This document shows positions 30,079-36,847 of a stretch of DNA of 36,847 nucleotides, piece by piece. The position numbers and the translations under genes are program-made. Each line of letters opens with the position of its first letter. Position 1 is the first letter of the stretch. Location: the NCBI GenBank assembly GCA_002427535.1, contig DIRK01000022.1:1-36847 (forward strand), in the 5' to 3' direction. The stretch comes from Mageeibacillus sp. UBA5438. Its GTDB lineage: Bacteria; Bacillota; Clostridia; Saccharofermentanales; DTU023. The notes beneath the pieces were generated by a model. The model worked only from the letters and a program-made list of their open reading frames with translations, was not told where the DNA came from and ran no database searches.

Positions 30079-30094
30079 TGTTTCACGTGAAACA
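30079..30094. promoter_or_regulatory. parS centromere site
   Basis: TGTTTCACGTGAAACA, a perfect 16-bp parS consensus palindrome (extends to 18 bp, 30078-30095), 11 nt after the gyrB stop. Confidence 0.95.
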
Positions 30095-30114
30095 TGACAT
30101 CGACAGGATAGGGT

Positions 30115-31689
30115 ATGACACAACCTTTCAGCGTTGAAGCCTATGACATAGATACCGAAAGGCTGCGGTTAAGACCGTGGCGTCCAAACGATCTTCTCGA
30201 CTTCTACGAATACGCGAGTGTCCCGGGCGTCGGAGAAATGGCAGGCTGGCCCCATCACACATCACTCGATGAAACACAAAAAATACTCGATCAATTTATC
30301 AAGGGCGAAGAAGTATTCGCCCTTGTTTTAAAAAGTACCGATAAAGTGATCGGCTCCCTCGGCGTCCATAAAGTGGAACAAGAGCCTCTCGCCAAGGAAA
30401 TCGGCTACGTGCTGAACCGCGACTATTGGGGACAGGGCATCATGGTCGAAGCCGTCAAGGCGGTGCTGGATCTTCTGTTTATAGAAACAGACATCCCGGA
30501 ACTTCTTTGCTGTTGCTCTACGATCAATGATCAAAGTCGGCGTGTCATGGAAAAAGCAGGCTTTCTTTACGCGCGATCCTTTGATCGCAAACGAGAAGTC
30601 CCCGGTTCGGAGGCATCTTATGAATATCGAATCACCCGAGAGGATTATGAAGCAATGGAACAAAAAAAAGCATCCTTTGAAAATGACTACGACGCAGGTT
30701 GCCACCCCAGGATACTCAATGCGCTCGTGGGTACCAACGATGACCGGACGACCGGTTACGGCCTTGACGCGTACAGCGTCAAAGCCCAGTCACTCATCCG
30801 CGCGGCATGCGGGCGAGAAGACGCGGACGTCCACTTCGTGGTCGGGGGTACTCAGGCGAACCTCATCACGGTCGCGGGCGCCCTCAAGCCTTGGCAGGGC
30901 GTATTGTCGGCCGACACCGGCCACATCAATGTGCATGAGGCGGGCGCGATTGAAGCGACCGGACACAAGGTGCTCATTGTCCCGTCAGAAGACGGAAAGC
31001 TTTCGGCCGAATCGATTGATCAATACTGCAAAACAATTGCCGAGGACCCGACCGCGGAACATATGGTGCAACCCGGGATGATTTATCTGTCACATCCGAC
31101 AGAGCTTGGGACCCTGTACGACCGGGTTTCTTTGGAAGCGATTCGCCGTGTCGCCGATGATTGGAATTTGATCCTCTACATAGATGGCGCGCGGATGGCC
31201 TCCGCGCTGGCCAGAGAAGAGACAGGGCTTGACCTTCCCGCCATCGCCGCCTTAACCGATGTGTTTTCTATCGGGGGCACCAAATGCGGAGCGCTTTTCG
31301 GAGAAGCCCTTGTGATTACAAAGGACAGTCTGAAAAAAGATTTTCGTAGCCTGATGAAACAGCGTGGCGGCCTCTTAGCCAAGGGGAGGCTTTTGGGCCT
31401 TCAGTTCTCCGAACTTTTTTCGAATGATCTGTACCTTGAAATCGGTCAGCACGAAAATGAGATGGCCCAACAACTGGCCGCAAGATTCACGGAACGTGGC
31501 ATCTCCTTTTTCGCGCCGCCCGAAACCAATCAGCTCTTCGTCCTGTTAAACGCGCATGAGCTCGATCATTTCCTACGCCGCGCTGTTTTTGAGCGCATGA
31601 TGAAAACCGAAGAGGGTCACGAAGTGTGCCGCTTTGTGACGTCTTACGCCACAAGTGTTGAAGATATCGAATGGTTGTTTGGCGAATAA
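30115..31689 (+). CDS. Fusion: RimJ/RimL-type GNAT acetyltransferase (aa ~1-180) + low-specificity threonine aldolase (LtaE-like, aa ~181-524)
   Basis: N part: IDTERLRLRPW, EMAGWP.H, EIGYVL..DYWGQGIM.EA, N.QSRRVMEKAGF. C part: SFENDY..GCHP.IL, GYGLD, GGTQAN, GHINVHEAGAIE.TGHK, DGAR, PLP lysine IGGTK.GALFGEA, RFVTS.AT. Confidence 0.88.
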   Translation: MTQPFSVEAYDIDTERLRLRPWRPNDLLDFYEYASVPGVGEMAGWPHHTSLDETQKILDQFIKGEEVFALVLKSTDKVIGSLGVHKVEQEPLAKEIGYVLNRDYWGQGIMVEAVKAVLDLLFIETDIPELLCCCSTINDQSRRVMEKAGFLYARSFDRKREVPGSEASYEYRITREDYEAMEQKKASFENDYDAGCHPRILNALVGTNDDRTTGYGLDAYSVKAQSLIRAACGREDADVHFVVGGTQANLITVAGALKPWQGVLSADTGHINVHEAGAIEATGHKVLIVPSEDGKLSAESIDQYCKTIAEDPTAEHMVQPGMIYLSHPTELGTLYDRVSLEAIRRVADDWNLILYIDGARMASALAREETGLDLPAIAALTDVFSIGGTKCGALFGEALVITKDSLKKDFRSLMKQRGGLLAKGRLLGLQFSELFSNDLYLEIGQHENEMAQQLAARFTERGISFFAPPETNQLFVLLNAHELDHFLRRAVFERMMKTEEGHEVCRFVTSYATSVEDIEWLFGE

Positions 31690-31700
31690 AAGCGCGATCA

Positions 31701-31709
31701 TGATACAAT
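31701..31709 (+). promoter_or_regulatory. Putative extended -10 promoter of parAB
   Basis: TGaTACAAT, 59 nt upstream of the parA ATG. Confidence 0.55.
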
Positions 31710-31768
31710 TAACGAGTTAGCGGCGGTCATTTGCGATCCCGCAAATACGACAGAGCAAAGGGATATCT

Positions 31769-32569
31769 ATGGGGATTGTGATGGCGGTGGCCAACCAAAA
31801 GGGCGGCGTCGGTAAGACAACAAGTTGTGTGAATCTTGCGGCTGCGCTTGCATTACAAGGCAAACGGCTACTTCTGGTTGACGCGGATCCTCAGGGAAAT
31901 TCCACCTCCGGCATCGGTGTGGATAAGAAGAAACTGTCGTACTCCACCTACGATCTCTTAGTCGGCAACACAGATGACATCGGCCGTGTTCTCATTAAGG
32001 CGCGGCCCAATTTTGACCTCTTGCCTTCCAATATCAATCTGGCCGGCGCTGAAATTGAGCTGGTCAGCATCCCCAATCGGGAGAGGCGTTTAAAAGATGT
32101 GCTGGATGCGATTAAGGCCCGGTACGACATCGTCATGATCGACTGTCCGCCCTCACTCGGTTTATTGACGGTGAACGCGCTTACGGCGGCCGACGCCGTG
32201 CTGATCCCGGTCCAAGCGGAATATTATGCCTTGGAAGGCCTGATGCAACTCATGACGACCTTGGGGCTTGTCAAAAAGGCTTATAATACGGATCTAAGGC
32301 TGGCGGGCGTGTTTATTACGATGTTCGATACAAGAACGCAACTGTCCAAGCAGGTGCGCGATGAGGTGTCCTGGTATTTCAGGCAAGATTTCTTAGAGAC
32401 AAGCATTCCGCGAAATGTCAGACTCAGTGAAGCGCCAAGCTTTGGCCATACCATCTTTGAATACGACAAACGATCGCGGGGCGCGAACAGCTACAAGACA
32501 TTAGCGCGCGAACTGATCAAGCGGCTTGACAGCACGCCATGGCTTGACGGGACGCTCGGACGGATATAA
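31769..32569 (+). CDS. parA: Chromosome partitioning ATPase ParA/Soj
   Basis: ANQKGGVGKTT deviant Walker A, DADPQGNSTSG, IDCPPSLGLLT.NAL, PVQAEYYALEGL, IPRNVRLSEAPSFG. Confidence 0.97.
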   Translation: MGIVMAVANQKGGVGKTTSCVNLAAALALQGKRLLLVDADPQGNSTSGIGVDKKKLSYSTYDLLVGNTDDIGRVLIKARPNFDLLPSNINLAGAEIELVSIPNRERRLKDVLDAIKARYDIVMIDCPPSLGLLTVNALTAADAVLIPVQAEYYALEGLMQLMTTLGLVKKAYNTDLRLAGVFITMFDTRTQLSKQVRDEVSWYFRQDFLETSIPRNVRLSEAPSFGHTIFEYDKRSRGANSYKTLARELIKRLDSTPWLDGTLGRI

Positions 32570-32583
32570 AGGGGAGGCAAGAG

Positions 32584-33480
32584 ATGACAGAAGAGAAGGC
32601 AAAGATGCCGTCGCGTTCAAAACGCGGTCTCGGCCGGGGGCTTGACGCTTTGTTTGAGGCTGAGAAGGATCCGGGTGTCACGGATTTATCCCGTATTGAG
32701 GAGATGGATATCAATCGCTTGGAACCGAACCGCGATCAGCCGCGGCGCGATTTCGACGAGTCGGCTTTGGCTGATTTGACAGGCTCCATCCGTGACCAGG
32801 GCGTGATTTCTCCTCTCATTGTCACACCGACACCCGATTCTGAGTATTACATGATTGTCGCCGGTGAACGACGCTGGCGCGCGGCCCGCATGGCGGGACT
32901 TTCGACCGTCCCGGTTATTGTCCGTGAACTGACAAAAGAGGATGTCCAAAGACAGGCGCTCGTTGACAACATCGTGCGCCAGGATTTAAACGCGATGGAG
33001 GAAGCCGAAGCATTTGACCGCCTCATCCGCGAGTACGGTATGACACAGGAAGAGCTGGCATCGGCCTTAGGTAAAAGCCGTCCGGCGGTAACGAATACCA
33101 TGCGACTTTTGAATCTACCCGACGCCATCCGCGAAATGGTGCGCCAGGGTGAATTGTCACCCGGCCACGCGCGTGCGATTTTGGCACTGAAAGACGCTTC
33201 GTCTCAAAGTACGGCGGCCGCAGAGATTTTGAAAAAAGAGCTGAGCGTCCGCGACGCGGAGAAACTCGTGCGGGACATTAAAGAACCTTCGGCAAAAAAA
33301 CCCGCAAAAACACAGAAAGATGCCAAATGGCAACTTCATTTGCGCGATCTGGAAGATAAACTGCGGCGTGCGCTCGGCGCGCGCGTCACCCTTCAGGGGG
33401 GCGAAGGACCGGGCAAGATTGTCATTTCTTACCACACCGCAGAAGAGCGTGAACGCCTGATCGATCAGTTGTTAGGCTAG
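32584..33480 (+). CDS. parB: Chromosome partitioning protein ParB/Spo0J
   Basis: RGLGRGLDALF, PNRDQPRRDF, IVAGERRWRAA (CTP box), HTH TQEELA..LGKSRPAVTN.MRLL, GHARA. Confidence 0.97.
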   Translation: MTEEKAKMPSRSKRGLGRGLDALFEAEKDPGVTDLSRIEEMDINRLEPNRDQPRRDFDESALADLTGSIRDQGVISPLIVTPTPDSEYYMIVAGERRWRAARMAGLSTVPVIVRELTKEDVQRQALVDNIVRQDLNAMEEAEAFDRLIREYGMTQEELASALGKSRPAVTNTMRLLNLPDAIREMVRQGELSPGHARAILALKDASSQSTAAAEILKKELSVRDAEKLVRDIKEPSAKKPAKTQKDAKWQLHLRDLEDKLRRALGARVTLQGGEGPGKIVISYHTAEERERLIDQLLG

Positions 33481-33494
33481 AAGGCCGAAAATCT

Positions 33495-36308
33495 ATGACG
33501 CTTTTAGAACAAAAGCAACACCGTGAAGAACGTCAGAGGCGGTTGATCGCATTCCTTTTACCTGCGTTCGCCTTTTACTTTGGCTTTGTCGCCCACGGAC
33601 TGTGGCCTTTTGGCAACAAACATCTGCTTGCCTACGATCTGTACCATCAGTACGCGCCTTTTCTCCTTGAGTTGAAGCGGAAGATTCTCTCAGGCGAGGG
33701 CTTGTTCTTTTCCTGGAGTGGCGGGCTGGGAGTCAATTACTACAGTTTCTTCACCTATTACACGGCAAGTCCCTTTAATATTTTGGTGCTCTTTTTCCCC
33801 GATCAATTCATCGCCGAGGCGGTGACCCTCATCACTTTGTTGAAAATAGGCTTTTCGAGTTTTTTCTTTTACGAATTTTTGTCCCGGAGCTATCGGAAGA
33901 GCGATTCAACGGCAGCGCTCTTTTCATCCTTTTACGCGATCTCCGCCTGGGTCTACGCTTACAGCTGGAACATCATGTGGCTCGACACCTTGGTGTTCTT
34001 ACCCCTTGCCTGCCTTGGGCTGGTGGAACTCGTCCGTCATGGCAAGGTGAAGCGGTTTGTCATCGGCCTCTGCCTCATGCTGATGACTAATTACTACACG
34101 GCCTTTTTTGGCGCGGTGTTTCTTTTCTTGTTCTATTTTGTCTTACGCGTCCAGTTTGCCCCAAAAAGAGAAGGCCGCCCGGATCCCCTCTTCGCCTTTT
34201 TGAAGTTTGCGGGATCCTCTCTTTTATCCGCTCTTTTATCCGCCGTTGTGCTCTGGCCGACGGTCCGCGCGCTTTCCATTACCTCGGCTGCGGGTGACAG
34301 TTTCCCAAAGGGTTTTAGTTTCACCCAACCCTTCCTTGAAACGTTAGGACGCATGACGCCGCTTCGCTCGCCCCATATTATGAGCGGGCTGCCCAATATT
34401 TTCGCGGGGACTTTTATTCTTCTTCTCATCCCCGCCTTTTTCGCGAACCGCAGTCGCCCCGCGCGCGTGCGCGTGGCCTACGGCCTCCTATTGGGTTTCT
34501 TATTCTTCTCCTTTCAGTCCAAGACATTAAGTTTCCTTTGGCACGGCGGGCATTATCCAAATTCGCTCGATTTCCGCTATGCCTTTGTCTTTATTTTCCT
34601 GGTGCTCACGATGGCTTACCAGGCGGCGGGGGATGCCACCTTCAAGCTACGCACTCCGATGAACGTAGTCGCGATCGCTGCCTTTGTGTTACTTTTGACG
34701 GAGCAACAGTGGAGTGTCAACGACCAACTGTCGCACTGGCGTTTGCTCGCCTTTGTTATCCTGGCGATCTCGTATCTTGCCATTTTCGGACGATTCACGT
34801 TCAGTAAGAACTCGCACAAAAAGCAAGTACCTGAACCCCAAGCATCCTACCTTGTATTGGGCCGCCACCAGATGCGAGCGAGTTTCATCAAAGTGAAGCT
34901 TTTGAGCCTTCCTCGAAAAATTATCAAGAGCGAAGATGCGGCAGAACGCCAAAAGCGAATCCGACATTTGAACGCGAAGGCTATGCTGTCCGTGCTGTTG
35001 ACCGTGGAATTGTTGTTTGTCGCCTTTTCGAGCGCCGCGCTTTACCAACAGGTTGCCCCCCTGGGAGATCGCCAATATTACACGTCCAATGACTATGCCA
35101 CGGAGCTCTACGCGTCTGTTGAAGAACTGCAAAATACGCACAAGGGTGAGCCCTGGCGGGCAGAGGTCTTGCCGGATACCTGCGTGAACGATCCCTTTTT
35201 GTTCGGAACGCAAGGGATGTCGCTTTTTGCCTCGCCCTTCCCGCACAGCTCCATTGATTTCTTCTCAGATCTTGGCTACCCGACAAACGGTGTGAACAGT
35301 TTCCAGTACAAAGAATCCACGATTGTCATGGACAGTCTTCTTGGCATTGACTACCTGTTTGTTAAGAACAGTCGAATTTTTGACGACCGGACACGGCATT
35401 TAGTCGAGCAAGGCGATACTTTACGCCTTTTACAAAATGACGATGCCATTCCTTTTGGATTTTTTGCGACGCCCGAGATCTCCTACATGAACGACGAGAT
35501 CATGCCGGACGATGCCCCTGATGTGCAAAACAGGCTTGTTTCGGCCTTAAGCGGTCAATCGGGGCCCTTGATCAAGGAAGCGTTCAGGCCTTGGGAATTT
35601 GAAGGCTGCTATGTCGAGCAATCGTACGATCCCTATTCGTTTCATGTGAGTCGCGCGGCGGGGAATACGGAGTGGGCTTTTTTGGTCTATGATGTCCCCC
35701 GGGACGGCATCTATTACATTTTCTGGGAAGATGAGTCCGTCGGCATCAATTACAGCAACGGTTTTATCCGCGATGAAGAGTTCTTCCAGCTTGGAAGTAG
35801 CAAGCGCGGGATTGGGGATGTCGGCTTTTTAGAGGCGGGCACAGAACTTCACTTTCGTGTGAGCATGCCCTCGGAGAACTCGATTGACGGGAGTTTTCGC
35901 GCCTGTGTCGCAAGACTGGATGAGGCAAGATGGCAGGAGACTCGTGAGCGTTTAGCGGCGCATCCCTTCGAATTATCAACCTTTTCTTCCACTCATTTTG
36001 AAGGGACGATTACGGCCCCGTCGAAAGGCTTTTTATTCTTGCCGACGACGACAAATCCCGGCTGGACGTTTAAGGTGGACGGGAAGGTGACCCAAGCGGA
36101 GGCTGTGCGAGGCGCTTTCATCTTGATTCCGCTTGAGGCGGGTACACATGACATTTCGGCCTCCTTTGCCCCTGTCGGGTTCTACCAGGGCCTTTGGGTC
36201 TCGGTCGCGGCGCTTTTACTGACGCTTGGCTTTGGCCTTTGGATGAGAAAAAGAAAGGCCCGTGATATGATGAATTTGTCTTTTCCGACAAAACGCGCAA
36301 AGAGCTAG
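33495..36308 (+). CDS. yfhO: YfhO family polytopic membrane protein (GT-C type glycosyltransferase)
   Basis: 937 aa. DLYHQYAPF, FSWSGGLG.NY, YY.ASPFN, LLKIG, NIMWLD, NYY, WHG..YPN....RYAF, large extracellular region, GWTFKVDGK, final TM helix. Confidence 0.87.
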   Translation: MTLLEQKQHREERQRRLIAFLLPAFAFYFGFVAHGLWPFGNKHLLAYDLYHQYAPFLLELKRKILSGEGLFFSWSGGLGVNYYSFFTYYTASPFNILVLFFPDQFIAEAVTLITLLKIGFSSFFFYEFLSRSYRKSDSTAALFSSFYAISAWVYAYSWNIMWLDTLVFLPLACLGLVELVRHGKVKRFVIGLCLMLMTNYYTAFFGAVFLFLFYFVLRVQFAPKREGRPDPLFAFLKFAGSSLLSALLSAVVLWPTVRALSITSAAGDSFPKGFSFTQPFLETLGRMTPLRSPHIMSGLPNIFAGTFILLLIPAFFANRSRPARVRVAYGLLLGFLFFSFQSKTLSFLWHGGHYPNSLDFRYAFVFIFLVLTMAYQAAGDATFKLRTPMNVVAIAAFVLLLTEQQWSVNDQLSHWRLLAFVILAISYLAIFGRFTFSKNSHKKQVPEPQASYLVLGRHQMRASFIKVKLLSLPRKIIKSEDAAERQKRIRHLNAKAMLSVLLTVELLFVAFSSAALYQQVAPLGDRQYYTSNDYATELYASVEELQNTHKGEPWRAEVLPDTCVNDPFLFGTQGMSLFASPFPHSSIDFFSDLGYPTNGVNSFQYKESTIVMDSLLGIDYLFVKNSRIFDDRTRHLVEQGDTLRLLQNDDAIPFGFFATPEISYMNDEIMPDDAPDVQNRLVSALSGQSGPLIKEAFRPWEFEGCYVEQSYDPYSFHVSRAAGNTEWAFLVYDVPRDGIYYIFWEDESVGINYSNGFIRDEEFFQLGSSKRGIGDVGFLEAGTELHFRVSMPSENSIDGSFRACVARLDEARWQETRERLAAHPFELSTFSSTHFEGTITAPSKGFLFLPTTTNPGWTFKVDGKVTQAEAVRGAFILIPLEAGTHDISASFAPVGFYQGLWVSVAALLLTLGFGLWMRKRKARDMMNLSFPTKRAKS

Positions 36309-36317
36309 GAGAGAATT

Positions 36318-36847
36318 ATGGAACCCATCGTGAAATATCAATTTGATCGCGAAATGGTCGCCTTTGTCAAAACGCTTGAGATTAAATCGTCCATGTTCGG
36401 CTATGACAAAAATGATGTGTACAGTAAATTCAAGGATTTGCTCGTCCGAGCGCGTGATGTGTGCGAAGAATTGGTTGCCAAGGAACGCGAATCGCTTCAG
36501 CTCTTGAAGGGGGAAGTTGAAAAGGCGGCGGATGATCCCGCGGCGATTCGGCTTCTGCTTGACGGCTGGACCCCTGAGTCGCCTGTGTCCGAGGTTTCGG
36601 CGGAGGACGAACCCGAATCGGAACCGGTATCACTCGAGGATGCGGTTGAAGAAGCGGCAAATGAAATTCAAGAGGAACAAGCTCCCGCCGTTGACAGTGA
36701 GGAGTTGATCGCGCTTCGTGCTCAGGTCGCGGAATACGAAAAGCGAGAAGAAATGCTGGCTCAAGCTCACGCGATTGTGAGTGAGGCGCGCCTTGAACGC
36801 GAGAGTATTGTCCGCGATGCGCAGATGATGGCGGAGCAGGAGTTGTT
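36318..36847 (+). CDS. DivIVA-domain-like coiled-coil protein, 3'-truncated by the window edge
   Basis: Not in the ORF track (no stop in window). RBS AGGAGA, ATG 36318, open to the end: MEPIVKYQFDREMVAFVKTLEIKSSMFGYDKNDVYSKFKDLL..., where MFGYDKNDV resembles the DivIVA/GpsB RGYD.DEVD motif. Followed by an acidic linker and Ala/Glu-rich heptads (EARLERESIVRDAQMMAEQEL). Confidence 0.65.
   Translation, partial: MEPIVKYQFDREMVAFVKTLEIKSSMFGYDKNDVYSKFKDLLVRARDVCEELVAKERESLQLLKGEVEKAADDPAAIRLLLDGWTPESPVSEVSAEDEPESEPVSLEDAVEEAANEIQEEQAPAVDSEELIALRAQVAEYEKREEMLAQAHAIVSEARLERESIVRDAQMMAEQEL

Overview
Chromosomal replication-origin region of a moderately GC-rich anaerobic Bacillota (Clostridia-like; inferred from gene content). 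From left to right: (1) a selenium-dependent glycine/sarcosine/betaine-type reductase operon, grdE(partial)-grdB-trxB-trxA-grdA-grdC-grdD, followed by a stand-alone DUF2156 gene. grdB and grdA each contain an in-frame UGA (Sec) that splits them in the ORF track. (2) A minus-strand tldD-tldE/pmbA-DUF4910/M28 peptidase operon with a divergent, apparently leaderless MFS transporter. (3) eno, a Pro-rich single-pass membrane protein and a YmfI-like SDR. (4) Aminopeptidase P, nadE and a class V PLP desulfurase. (5) DnaA-box clusters flanking dnaA, then dnaN-recF-remB-gyrB, a perfect parS, a GNAT-threonine aldolase fusion, parA-parB, yfhO and a truncated DivIVA-like gene missing from the ORF track. 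I found no mobile element, CRISPR array, tRNA or rRNA. Most of the window is housekeeping, and I cannot claim a clearly new system. The best leads are a two-domain NadE that has lost its glutaminase catalytic triad, the GNAT-aldolase fusion sitting where gyrA normally is, the TldDE+DUF4910 peptidase module, an acidic N-terminal extension on GyrB, the rearranged origin, and a trxB UGA that is in frame with trxA. All family calls are by motif recognition from memory, not database searches.
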